The position numbers and the translations under genes are program-made. This document shows positions 28,088-38,350 of a DNA stretch of 64,000 nucleotides, one piece after another. The stretch covers positions 1 through 64,000 of the forward strand of contig JAEOTC010000068.1 of assembly GCA_016840035.1 (NCBI GenBank). The letters are read 5' to 3'. Source of the stretch: Candidatus Hodarchaeota archaeon (GTDB taxonomy: Archaea; Asgardarchaeota; Heimdallarchaeia; Hodarchaeales; Hodarchaeaceae). The notes beneath the pieces were generated by a model. That model made no database searches. It was not told the origin of the DNA and saw nothing but the letters and a program-made list of their open reading frames with translations. Each line of letters opens with the position of its first letter. The stretch's first letter is position 1.

Positions 28088-29773
28088 ATGATCATCTTGT
28101 CTTCAAACTTTAGCAATCTTCTTGAATTATATCGTTTAGCCGCCACTGGCAATCCGAATGAACTTACTCAAGAGTTCTGGGGAGATATTCCCTCAACATA
28201 TTTAGAATTAAGGAAAAAGACGGTAATTCGTCAACAAAATTTGAAGTTTACTGAATTTCTAGATAATGTAGAGGAATTTCGTAGAATTGCCCTTGATCAT
28301 AACCGTAAACTTGGAACCTTAACATCTTCTGTCAAAGAGTCCTTAGATAATCTTGGGTCAGGGATGATTGATGTAGGCCATCAACCATTAATCTTTGGCG
28401 GGTCCTCATTTCTTATGAATAAAGTCTCTCTAGCAGAATGGATTGGGAAATTTCTTGGACTCAGTACTCTCTTTTATATTGGTGATCACGATTCTATCCA
28501 GAATGAATTAACTGTTACACGTTTTCCCCAAGCAAATTCTTCCTCTGGTTTACTCATTACTCCCCTATCATGGAATGTGCCTGATAATACTCCTATGCAT
28601 ACTGTACCAATACCTTCGGAAAAGTGGCGAATGGATAGCAAGATAAAGATTCAAGAAAATCTGCGGTTGCTTATGAAGTATGCTAAAATATTACCTCATA
28701 ATAGGATTTTAATGTTAGAACGGTTTGAATCATGGTTTGATATTATAAATGATTCTGCACTCGCTGCAGAAGATTTCTCATTTTGGAGTCAAAAAATTTG
28801 GAGTACTCTTTTAGTAGTAAGAAATAATCTACAAATCTTCTTAACCCCCTCTAGCAATGAAAGATATAGAAAATTAATCAGACCTGCATTCGAATATTTA
28901 TTAACAGAGGAGAATAGAAGAAAATATATTGATACTCTAAATTTAATATATGAAAAAATCATTAAGATGAACCTTTCTCCTGGTTTACCCCTCCGAGAAA
29001 GTGATTACGTTCCTTTCTTTTTGGAATGCTTGAAATGTAAAACTAAGACAAGGGTAGAACTAAAAGTTTCCCAGGTAGGTTCGCTTGAGGGACAGTGTTC
29101 ATCGTGTAATGAGAATTATTCATTTTCTTACAATTCAAATCACCCAGACCTTACTGAAATTGAAACAAATCTTACTCCGCGTTCTGATTCTCGTGCGATG
29201 GTGAATAACATCACTTTTCCAATACTTGTTCATGTAGGTGGTGGGGGAGAAACACAGTACTATTCAGCTGTAATTCCTGCCATGAGAAGACTAAATATTG
29301 AACCACCCATTCTGATCAGGTCAAATAGATTATATTATTCTACACCCTGGGGACATAAATCAGCTTCTGATTCAGATAATTTACAGCGAAGGGAGAGAAT
29401 ATTCGATATATTCAAATCTTATAATGAAGGAGATAACATTTCTGTAAAACAAAAGGCTTTAGAAGCAATGAGAGTTCATTTGGAAGATGAATTTCAAGAG
29501 AATAATAAGATTTTAGAAGATTCCAATCGTGAATTAAGAGAAAATCAATTTGATAAAAACTTACGAAGAAAAATACGAAATTTGGAACTTATGCTGTCTC
29601 ATAATTATGGTCGTTTCACTCAAGGCAAGAATATTCAAGAAGTATCTTGGAATTGGTTAGATCTTGCAATATTAACTGGTATTCAAAATCTAAGTAACAC
29701 TTTTCAACGACAAATAAGTGAAAAGTCGTATCCTGGATTTACTTGGTATGTTAACACGGGAAAATTTACTTGA
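28088..29773 (+). CDS. bshC: BshC-like (bacillithiol cysteine-adding enzyme family) protein
   Basis: VGHQPLIFGG, GDHD, TPRSDSR, HVGGGGETQYY, PILIR follow the BshC motif order (GQQ..F.G, EDHD, SPNV.LR, GGPGE..Y, PR). Confidence 0.7.
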   Translation: MIILSSNFSNLLELYRLAATGNPNELTQEFWGDIPSTYLELRKKTVIRQQNLKFTEFLDNVEEFRRIALDHNRKLGTLTSSVKESLDNLGSGMIDVGHQPLIFGGSSFLMNKVSLAEWIGKFLGLSTLFYIGDHDSIQNELTVTRFPQANSSSGLLITPLSWNVPDNTPMHTVPIPSEKWRMDSKIKIQENLRLLMKYAKILPHNRILMLERFESWFDIINDSALAAEDFSFWSQKIWSTLLVVRNNLQIFLTPSSNERYRKLIRPAFEYLLTEENRRKYIDTLNLIYEKIIKMNLSPGLPLRESDYVPFFLECLKCKTKTRVELKVSQVGSLEGQCSSCNENYSFSYNSNHPDLTEIETNLTPRSDSRAMVNNITFPILVHVGGGGETQYYSAVIPAMRRLNIEPPILIRSNRLYYSTPWGHKSASDSDNLQRRERIFDIFKSYNEGDNISVKQKALEAMRVHLEDEFQENNKILEDSNRELRENQFDKNLRRKIRNLELMLSHNYGRFTQGKNIQEVSWNWLDLAILTGIQNLSNTFQRQISEKSYPGFTWYVNTGKFT

Positions 29774-29817
29774 ACACTCTTTATCCATTAGAGATCTTAT
29801 ACAAAGAGGACCAATTC

Positions 29818-31074
29818 TTATACTTCTTTCTGTAAAAGCTTTCCTAGAATTTCCATCCCTTCTAAGATCATCTGCGATGAGACAAAAGAGAAGCTGATTC
29901 GCATCCCATTGGTTTTAATTCTATTACCGTGTAGTTTTGAGTCTCCTGCATTGACAGAATATCCCTTAATCGGGTAAAAAGCGGCTCCTGGAACATATAA
30001 AACATTATTTGGAATAGCTTTTTCCTCCATGAACTTTCTCGAATCGAATGATTCTTTTTCCATCTGAAACCAGAAGAAAAATCCTCCTGTTGGGGTAGAG
30101 CTAAATCCATTTGATGGAAAATGCGCATCCATCATTTTTTTCATTGAATCTCTTCGCTTTTTATAAATTTTCAAATTGTCTCCGAGTACATTGTCAATAT
30201 GATACTTGTAGTATATCTCGAGCATTTTCTGAGTAAACGAAGGAGTACAAAGATCAAGATAACCTTTATCCTTAATAACCGGAGTCATGATCTCTTTTGG
30301 AAGGATAGAATAGCCAAGTCTAAGAACAGCAGCTTCTTTACTGCTTGTACGAAGATAGGCAACCCATTTATTTTCTGGATCATATTTTTTTATCGGAGGG
30401 GGGATTTTTCCAAATTGTATTTCTCTATATGCTGCGTCTTCAATTAGAAGGATCTCATGTTCCACAGCAAGATCAAAAAGAGCTTTTCGCCGCTTCTCTG
30501 GTAAAGTTGTACCTTTCGGATTGTCAGAATCGGAAACAACATAGATTGCTTTTGGTAACCGATTTAACTCTTTTTTACACACTTTAATTGCTTTTTCTAC
30601 ATGTTCAGGGATTACTCCATCCATATCAGAAGGAACGGTTAGAACACTTCCCCCAAGTTTAGTAACTGGGACAACAAATCCGAGGTAAGATGGTCTTGCC
30701 ATTACAATTACATCTTTAGGACGAAGAAGAGTATCAAGGAGAGCATATAACATCTGTTGAGAACCAGTTGTAATTAGAATGTCATCAGGACCCCGAGGTA
30801 TATTTATTCCATCAATTCTCTTCATTCTCTCTCCAAGAACTTCTTTCAGAGATCGTAGTCCACTTGTTGGTCCATAATTTAAAATATCAATACCAGTTGT
30901 GTCAAGATTATCTGCAATCTGACGTAATATTGCTTTGAACGCATCAATAGGTAAACTTCCAGGTTTACCACCACCGAAGTAATATTTTACATTATAGAGA
31001 AGGAGTCTACGGATTTCACTTTCAGGGACGATATCTGTCCATTCAGCTAAATTCTCATAATAAGGGGGAACCAT
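29818..31074 (-). CDS. PLP-dependent aminotransferase class I/II (LysN/Aro8-like)
   Basis: FGGGKP, NYGPTSG, ITTGSQQ, NPKG, IEDAAY, TSSK, LRLG, YVPG. Confidence 0.9.
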   Translation of the reverse strand: MVPPYYENLAEWTDIVPESEIRRLLLYNVKYYFGGGKPGSLPIDAFKAILRQIADNLDTTGIDILNYGPTSGLRSLKEVLGERMKRIDGINIPRGPDDILITTGSQQMLYALLDTLLRPKDVIVMARPSYLGFVVPVTKLGGSVLTVPSDMDGVIPEHVEKAIKVCKKELNRLPKAIYVVSDSDNPKGTTLPEKRRKALFDLAVEHEILLIEDAAYREIQFGKIPPPIKKYDPENKWVAYLRTSSKEAAVLRLGYSILPKEIMTPVIKDKGYLDLCTPSFTQKMLEIYYKYHIDNVLGDNLKIYKKRRDSMKKMMDAHFPSNGFSSTPTGGFFFWFQMEKESFDSRKFMEEKAIPNNVLYVPGAAFYPIKGYSVNAGDSKLHGNRIKTNGMRISFSFVSSQMILEGMEILGKLLQKEV

Positions 31075-31695
31075 ATAGATGTACTTCCTATTTACAGATA
31101 AGAACGCTTATTATCCTATTTTTCCTAGACATGTATCTTGGTTCTCCAAGAATACAACACTTTTTTGAGATGTTTGACGTAGAATTAGATAATCTAACAT
31201 GGATGGAGGATCATTATTATCTAAAATTTATAACCTTATCGAACATAGGGGTCGAGTTGAGATGGGAAATTCTCCTTTTCTGTGTAATTTCAGTGAATTA
31301 CATCCTAGAAGAAGATAGAAAAACTCATTCACGTTGAAGAAGAGAAGTTTAAGCAATTCTGTTAAAATTAAATCGGGAAAGATGGTATGATTTGAAAAGA
31401 CGAATCAATTTGAAGCCACACAAATTTACTTTTTCTTAAAATCGCAGAATGATAACGCTCCCCTTATATGAAAATTGATGCTTTTTTACTAATCTCTCAT
31501 GGTTTAGTAGAAAAACTCGTCATTAATTTAATTCGAGTATCTATTGATGATCAAACCAGCAATAAGAATTTAAAATATATTTGAGATCGAAGTGCATTGA
31601 ACTCTACTAAGTTATTTGATCAACTGAATAACAAGCAATCATGAGGAGAAATTCACTCATTGTAGGTGAGATTCTTATCCTAGATTGGATGGTTT

Positions 31696-33618
31696 TTGAT
31701 AATAATGGAAAAAACGATAGAAAAGCTACTAAAACAAGCGATTCAACAGCAAATGGAGATTGAACCAGACATTGGTGAGCTAATTCACTATTCAATAGAA
31801 ATCCCTCCTACTTTTGATTTCGGGGAACGATCCACAAATATCGCGTTCAAATTAGCTAAAATCTTAAAGAAATCTCCAATGAAAATAGCAGAGGAATTAT
31901 CAAATGAAATTAACCAAAATATAGATAATAAATCGCTTATTGTAAAAACAGAATCAGTAAAAGGATATATTAATTTCTTTATCAATTTTAAACCCTTCTT
32001 TCGCCAATTATACACTCGAATTAAAAAAGAGGGAGAGAAGTATGGAGAGAACACTGATGGGAATGGAAAAAGAATTATTGTTGAACATACTTCAATTAAT
32101 CCTGTTAAGCCTCTTCATATCGGTAATTTAAGAAACGCACTTCTTGGTGATTGTGTTGCTAGAATATATAAGCGTAACGGATGGGAGGTTGAAGTTCAAA
32201 ATCTTATTGATGATTTTGGCCGTCAAGTAGCCACCTTAATTTGGGGAATTCTCAAAGGTCATCATCTCGAAGTTGTTCGTGAAATCGATGACAAATATGA
32301 TGTTTGGTTGGGAAAAGTTTATTCTCACTGCAATAAAATTCTCGATGAAGAGGATATGTGGGATGAAGTAGACAATGTAATGATAGAAATGCGTCATAAT
32401 CCTGAAATGTACAGGTTTATGAGGAACATTTGTCAAACGTGTGTAGATAGCAATTTAGAAACTGCATGGAGATTTGGAGTTACATATAATTATTTAGTTT
32501 GGGAGTCCGATATTTCACGTTCTGGAATATGGGAGGAAACACTTCCATTATTAGAAAAAAGCCCATTTTTTCATTGGGAAAAGGAAGGACCAGATGCAGG
32601 TTGTTTTGTTGCCAATCTTGGAGTTTTAGATGAATTCAAAGACAAAAAAAATCCCAGCAAAGTATTCGTTCGCTCAAATGGAATCCCTACATACGTGGCC
32701 CATGATGTTGCTCTCCAATTATGGAAATTTGGGTTAGCAAAGGCTAATCTTACAAGTAGGAGTCTGATGAAACAAAGAAATGAGGCTGAAGAGTTAAGAG
32801 ATTTATGGACTAGTACAGATTATGTTGTTTCAGGGGAGAAGGATAAGAAATTTGGAAAAACTGACCGAGTGTGTAACGTAATAGGGGTGGAACAGAATTT
32901 TCTGCAAGAAATTGTACGTTACTCGCTGAAACTCCTCTCATTAGAAAATGAGTTTGAAAATTCATATCATCTGTCGTATAAACATGTATCTGCTCCTCAT
33001 GCACGATTTTCAGGGAGAACTGGAAATTGGCTTCAAGAAAGAGCATGGGCTGATGCTGTATTTGAAGATACATATGCTGTAGCCTTCAAAGCTATTACCA
33101 AAAAAAGGCCAGATTTAGATGAGAATCCAATTAAGAGAGAAAAGATTGTAAATAGTATTACATCCGCAGCAATACGATATTGGTTAATTAAATTCTCGAA
33201 GGAAACTGAGATAAAATTTCGTATTGAAGATGCTACATCTCTTGAAGGGGACACAGGCCCCTTTTTGATGTATTCAACCGTCCGAGCTTCAAAGATTATG
33301 TCAAAACTTCCAAAAATCAAGTCTTCTTCATATCATGGTACTTTTAAGATTACCAAAAATGAAAAGAATCTCATCTTACAGCTATACCGTTGTCCAGAGA
33401 TAGTTCGAAGCTCTGCAGAGTCATTTCAACCGTTAATAATAGCAAAATATGCCTATGATCTTGCTTCATCTTTCAATCGATTTTATGAAACTTCTCGAGT
33501 TATTAATGCAGAATCTACGAGCTTGAAACATTTTCGTGGCTCCCTAGTTCAAATTTTTCTCATCACCATGCAAAATTTACTCCATATCTTAGGAATACCA
33601 ATTGTAGATGAAATGTGA
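31696..33618 (+). CDS. argS: Arginine--tRNA ligase
   Basis: EHTSINPVKPLHIGN.RN, FSGRTG, GDTGPFLMY..VR, FNRFYE. Confidence 0.96.
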   Translation: MIIMEKTIEKLLKQAIQQQMEIEPDIGELIHYSIEIPPTFDFGERSTNIAFKLAKILKKSPMKIAEELSNEINQNIDNKSLIVKTESVKGYINFFINFKPFFRQLYTRIKKEGEKYGENTDGNGKRIIVEHTSINPVKPLHIGNLRNALLGDCVARIYKRNGWEVEVQNLIDDFGRQVATLIWGILKGHHLEVVREIDDKYDVWLGKVYSHCNKILDEEDMWDEVDNVMIEMRHNPEMYRFMRNICQTCVDSNLETAWRFGVTYNYLVWESDISRSGIWEETLPLLEKSPFFHWEKEGPDAGCFVANLGVLDEFKDKKNPSKVFVRSNGIPTYVAHDVALQLWKFGLAKANLTSRSLMKQRNEAEELRDLWTSTDYVVSGEKDKKFGKTDRVCNVIGVEQNFLQEIVRYSLKLLSLENEFENSYHLSYKHVSAPHARFSGRTGNWLQERAWADAVFEDTYAVAFKAITKKRPDLDENPIKREKIVNSITSAAIRYWLIKFSKETEIKFRIEDATSLEGDTGPFLMYSTVRASKIMSKLPKIKSSSYHGTFKITKNEKNLILQLYRCPEIVRSSAESFQPLIIAKYAYDLASSFNRFYETSRVINAESTSLKHFRGSLVQIFLITMQNLLHILGIPIVDEM

Positions 33619-33641
33619 TCTTATTAAAAGGAGAAAAGACA

Positions 33642-34694
33642 ATGATAGAAATAAGAAAATCCTCCATTATTCTATATGGTGCAACTCTTCTCGTTTTACT
33701 TATCATAGTGGTTTTCATTAACCCAACGAATCTTATCAATAGTTTTTTCCAAATAGGATTCTGGGGCGCTGTTCTATTAAGTCTTCTTTATGCTTTTGAC
33801 TTAATTGTGCGTACATATAGATGGAAATTGCTTTTAATAGCACAAGGAGTTCATTTACCTCTGTCTTCATTAATTATGCCCGTTTGTTCAGCATTGGCAA
33901 TTAATCTTTTTACAATTGCTCGTGCAGGGGAAACTGTTAGAATTGTGTCATTAAAACGGAATAATGATGTAAAATACTCCGATTCAATATCCTCCATTGT
34001 TATTGAGCAGGTTTTAAGCATAATAGGATTACTTATTGTTGTAACGGCAAGTTTATTTCTAATAAATTTCTCTTCTCAAGCAGAAGAGAGTTCCAAACTA
34101 ATAAATCAGTTAATTCTTCTACTTTTCGTCGTTTCAGGAGGAGGGCTTTTACTTATTATTATAATTCTTGTGAAACCAAATTTTGTGTACAGGATACTTG
34201 ATTTCTTTCCCGAATTTCTTAGAGATAAATTAACTTCAGCATTTGAGGCCTTTACTCGTGGTCTTACCGATTTACGAACTCAACCATCCCTCCTTATCCA
34301 AGCAATTATCACTTCATCTGCAATTTGGGCAATCGAAGGTGTGATGCTTTACATTATTGCTTTATCAGTTTTTCCAACCTTTAATCTGATTGATCTTCCT
34401 TGGGTAATTGCCGCATCATGTGTTGGTAACATAACTTTCATAATTCCTATTCTTCCAGGAGCTATGGGGGAATATGAGGTTGTAATTGGCTTAGTCCTGA
34501 TAAATTCACCTCATTTTGTTGGAATTAACGTAACTGATGCTGCTGCTCCAGCGTTTATAGATCGTATTGTAAAATCACTATTCCTTGGAATAGTAGGAGG
34601 ATATGCAACTTTACAGCTTGGTGGTACAGAGCTCTTAAAATATAGAAAAAAATATACAGAACTCGAAAGATATAAGGAAATAGAACAGACCTAG
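33642..34694 (+). CDS. Lysylphosphatidylglycerol-synthase TM domain / flippase-like membrane protein
   Basis: RTYRW, ARAGE..R, IPILPGAMGEYE; multi-TM. Confidence 0.8.
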   Translation: MIEIRKSSIILYGATLLVLLIIVVFINPTNLINSFFQIGFWGAVLLSLLYAFDLIVRTYRWKLLLIAQGVHLPLSSLIMPVCSALAINLFTIARAGETVRIVSLKRNNDVKYSDSISSIVIEQVLSIIGLLIVVTASLFLINFSSQAEESSKLINQLILLLFVVSGGGLLLIIIILVKPNFVYRILDFFPEFLRDKLTSAFEAFTRGLTDLRTQPSLLIQAIITSSAIWAIEGVMLYIIALSVFPTFNLIDLPWVIAASCVGNITFIIPILPGAMGEYEVVIGLVLINSPHFVGINVTDAAAPAFIDRIVKSLFLGIVGGYATLQLGGTELLKYRKKYTELERYKEIEQT

Positions 34695-34802
34695 ATAATA
34701 CAAAATTCAGAATTCAAAATATTGACTAACCATGATTTATTTGAAGAAATTCAATTTGATATACTGGATGAATAAACACTGAGCCCAATTCAAGAAATAA
34801 AT

Positions 34803-35867
34803 GTGTCAAGAAGAGTTGCTTTTGGAGTAAATGCAATTGAAAGATTAGCGACAATTTTTGAGGATTTAGGTATAAATAAATTACATATATTCAGTGGATG
34901 TACTAAAACAAAGGAAATTACCGAGAAATTAGTGATACCACAGATTTCTGAGGGTATTGAATTTGATTTTACACCTTTACCACATAACGCTGACCTATCT
35001 TATTTAAAAAAAATTGCGAATAGAATCGACCCTTTACAGACTTATCTCATTGCAGTTGGAGGAGGCACAGTAATAGACTTCGTTAAACTACTTGCTAACA
35101 TGTCAAATACAGAATACATTGCTGTTCCTACAAACGCAAGCCATGATGGCTTCTCTAGCCCTTATATTAACTTTTTATTAAGAACTCAAGTTGATCAATT
35201 CTTCAAAAAAGAACTTTCACAAATATACAAACCCATTTCACCATTAGCAATAGTAGGAGACACTACAATGATTAGTAAAGCTCCTAGAGATTCTTTAAAG
35301 GCCGGTGTTGGAGATATATTATCTAAATGGGTTGCAGTTGAGGATTGGAAGCTAGCGAACAGGTTAAAAGGCGAAGATTACGATATCTATGCCGCATCAT
35401 TTTCAGAAATGACTGCTACCATGGTAGAGGAACGAATAAATGCGTTGGGGAAGAATTTTTTTGGCGAAAAGGGTGTTAGAGCATTAATTAAAGCTCTAGG
35501 AAGTAGTGGAGTTGCGATGTGTATTGCAGGATCCTCCCGTCCCGCAAGCGGATCAGAGCACCTCGTAAGTCACGCATTGGATATGCTATCTTCTGAGTAC
35601 GATTTCCATGTATTACATGGTCATCAAACTGGGATCAGCTCGATTTTGATGATGTATTTACACGGAGGAGATTGGAAACGCATTCAAGAATCACTAAAGA
35701 AAGTTTCTGCTCCCTTAACATTACGTGAATTAGGGATAGATAGGGATATAATGTTATTAGCGTTACAAAAAGCGCAAAACATACGTCCTGAAAGATATAC
35801 GGTTCTCTCGGAAGGCTTAACAAAATCTGCTGCTGAAAATGCCATCGAGATGACCGGAATTGATTAA
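34803..35867 (+). CDS. egsA: sn-glycerol-1-phosphate dehydrogenase
   Basis: GGGTVID, PTNASHDG, GSSRPASGSEH, HG, RPERYT. Confidence 0.93.
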   Translation: MSRRVAFGVNAIERLATIFEDLGINKLHIFSGCTKTKEITEKLVIPQISEGIEFDFTPLPHNADLSYLKKIANRIDPLQTYLIAVGGGTVIDFVKLLANMSNTEYIAVPTNASHDGFSSPYINFLLRTQVDQFFKKELSQIYKPISPLAIVGDTTMISKAPRDSLKAGVGDILSKWVAVEDWKLANRLKGEDYDIYAASFSEMTATMVEERINALGKNFFGEKGVRALIKALGSSGVAMCIAGSSRPASGSEHLVSHALDMLSSEYDFHVLHGHQTGISSILMMYLHGGDWKRIQESLKKVSAPLTLRELGIDRDIMLLALQKAQNIRPERYTVLSEGLTKSAAENAIEMTGID

Positions 35868-35869
35868 AT

Positions 35870-36649
35870 TTGACTATTCATATTTCGGGGATAGATGAAA
35901 CAGGAAGAGGAAGTGTAGTAGGACCTTTAATCATTGTAGGCTTGTCAATTGAAAAACAACAAAGCATTATTCTCAAAGATATGGGTGTTAAGGATTCGAA
36001 GTTGTTCTCTGGATTAACAGGAAGGAAAAAAAGAAGTAAACTCGCAGAAAAGATACAGCAAATCGCGCAAGAAGTTATAGTAGTGGAAGTTCCCTCTTCA
36101 GAAATTGACATTGTATTGGGAAATAGACCTAAAGATAATTTAAATTTATTAGAACTAAGAAATTTTAGTAAGCTTCTACTAGAGTTGAATGCTGAAGAAA
36201 TCTTTATTGATACGATATCTTCACCTCAATACTCTCTAACACAGATAAAGACAATAATTCACTCTAATGACTCGAGGTATCACTTCAAACGGATTGATTC
36301 AGATAAAGACAAAATTGAATCGGTTTTAAGAAGGGGAAAATCATCAAAGAGGATTATAATTGAGAAAAAAGCCGATTCTAAACACATGGTCGTTGCAGCA
36401 GCTTCATGTGTCGCTAAACACTTGAGGGATGAAAGGTTACGCGATATTGAGAAGGTTTGGGGCCTTCCAGACCTAATTCTTGGTCAGGGATATCCTAATA
36501 TAAAAGATCATAATTTAATTCGATTCCTTCAAGAATATAAAACCGAAATTCGAAAGAAAACGTTCCCCTTTATTAGGTATCAATGGGATTGGGAATGTTT
36601 ACAACAAATTTTAAAACAACCGAGAAAAAAACTAGATCGATTTCTTTAA
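35870..36649 (+). CDS. rnhB: Ribonuclease HII
   Basis: GIDETGRG..GP, VKDSK, KAD, AASCVAK..RD, GQGYP. Confidence 0.92.
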   Translation: MTIHISGIDETGRGSVVGPLIIVGLSIEKQQSIILKDMGVKDSKLFSGLTGRKKRSKLAEKIQQIAQEVIVVEVPSSEIDIVLGNRPKDNLNLLELRNFSKLLLELNAEEIFIDTISSPQYSLTQIKTIIHSNDSRYHFKRIDSDKDKIESVLRRGKSSKRIIIEKKADSKHMVVAAASCVAKHLRDERLRDIEKVWGLPDLILGQGYPNIKDHNLIRFLQEYKTEIRKKTFPFIRYQWDWECLQQILKQPRKKLDRFL

Positions 36650-36705
36650 CAAAAATTGAAACTAATCCTATTAATTTATATAATTAATAATTTGGATGGA
36701 TAGAA

Positions 36706-38082
36706 ATGATTGAAAGTATCTTTCGTACCTATGATATTCGTGGGAAATTCCCTAAGGAAATATCATTGGAAACAGTGGTAAAAATTGGAAAAGCCTTCGG
36801 AACAAAGTTCGGAATGAATAAAAACGTAATTATTGGAGGCGATGTTCGCCTTTCTACACCGATCATTAAAACTGCACTTTCGATGGGTTTATTAGAGGTT
36901 GGGTGCAACGTGAAAGATATCGGAATTTGTACTACTCCCACAATATACTATTTATCCGTAGAAAATTCTTCTGTGGACTTCGGGATAATGATAACAGCAA
37001 GTCATAATCCCATCAACTATAATGGAATAAAGGTTTGTGACGAAAATGGTGTTTCTTTTCATATCAGAAATTTCTTTAGTGAAATAAAAGACATAATAAT
37101 CCAGAATGGTTATAGGGTGACTAATCCTTTTGCTTTTGGACAGACTTCAATTTTAGATCAAGTAAGCTCGGATCAGTATTGGAAATATCAGAATACCCAT
37201 TTTTCTCCAAGTAAACCTGTAAAAATCGTTGTAGATATTGGAAATGGGACTTGTTACCCAATTCTTCAACTTCTAAAGAAAAATGAGATGCAGGTTAACG
37301 CATTGCATTCAGAACCTGATGGCAATTTCCCTGTTATGATCCCTGATCCTGCTAAACCAAAGTGCTTGAAATATATAATTGAGACCATAAATCAAACTTC
37401 TTACGATATAGGTATCGGTTATGATGCAGATGGAGATCGCGTGGGATTCGTCGATGAAAAAGGTACCATAGTTAAACCTGATCAGATAATAATGCTATTT
37501 GGAAGGAGTTTATTGGAAAGTGTACCAGGTGGGAAAATTTTAATTGATATTAAAACTTCAAAAGCTACCTACGAATATTTAAAAGAACTAGGTGCAAAGG
37601 TAGAATATACACGTGTTGGTCATTCTTGGATTCATGAAAAACTTGTAAAAGAAGGTGCAATTTTTGCTGGAGAGTTGAGTGGTCACTATTATTTCGGAGA
37701 GGAGTACTTTGGCTTCGATGATGCAATTTATTCCTCGTTAAAAATGATTGAAATTGTTTCTTCCTTGGAAAATTCATTCTCTGAAGAAATCGTCCGTCTA
37801 CCTATGTTTCATACATCAGATGAAGTTAGAATACCCTGTGGTGATGATATTAAGACTAGTGTAGTTAAGAAAGTCAAAGAACGATTATTAAAAGAAGCTC
37901 AGAAGTGCATCACCATTGATGGTGTACGTGCTGAATTTGACGATGGTTGGGTATTAGCTCGAGAGAGTGGAACTGAACCAGTCATATCTGTTCGTGCAGA
38001 GGCTGATACGAAGCAAAAACTTGAGTATTACTCAAAATATATTGAGGAAATTGTTTCCTCTGAAATCGATAAATTTACCTAA
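36706..38082 (+). CDS. Phosphomannomutase/phosphoglucomutase
   Basis: FRTYDIRG, TASHNP, DADGDR, GELSGH, RESGTEP. Confidence 0.93.
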   Translation: MIESIFRTYDIRGKFPKEISLETVVKIGKAFGTKFGMNKNVIIGGDVRLSTPIIKTALSMGLLEVGCNVKDIGICTTPTIYYLSVENSSVDFGIMITASHNPINYNGIKVCDENGVSFHIRNFFSEIKDIIIQNGYRVTNPFAFGQTSILDQVSSDQYWKYQNTHFSPSKPVKIVVDIGNGTCYPILQLLKKNEMQVNALHSEPDGNFPVMIPDPAKPKCLKYIIETINQTSYDIGIGYDADGDRVGFVDEKGTIVKPDQIIMLFGRSLLESVPGGKILIDIKTSKATYEYLKELGAKVEYTRVGHSWIHEKLVKEGAIFAGELSGHYYFGEEYFGFDDAIYSSLKMIEIVSSLENSFSEEIVRLPMFHTSDEVRIPCGDDIKTSVVKKVKERLLKEAQKCITIDGVRAEFDDGWVLARESGTEPVISVRAEADTKQKLEYYSKYIEEIVSSEIDKFT

Positions 38083-38150
38083 AAATTCTTTTAGGAAAAG
38101 AGACTATTTTGGGAATATATCTTTTTTACGAATTAAAAGAGGTTAATAAA

Positions 38151-38330
38151 TTGTATGACCTATTAATTGGCTCTTTGCTCATCATTATCGGATTATTAAT
38201 AGCAGTAGGTTTGGGAGGCACAATGAGTGATGCAACGGCTGCATTTTACTACATTATTGGATTCCTTATTGCTTTCGCAGGTTTAGGTTTGTTATTGAAA
38301 TATCGAAAATCCACTCAAGGAAGAGAATAA
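38151..38330 (+). CDS. Small two-TM membrane protein
   Basis: Two hydrophobic helices and a basic tail; GAGG upstream of TTG 38151. Confidence 0.6.
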   Translation: MYDLLIGSLLIIIGLLIAVGLGGTMSDATAAFYYIIGFLIAFAGLGLLLKYRKSTQGRE

Positions 38331-38350
38331 GAAATATTACCATCGGAGAG

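Noticed and set aside
31131-31337. 68-aa ORF in the aminotransferase-argS intergenic region
   Set aside because: No motif, atypical composition, lies in a divergent promoter region
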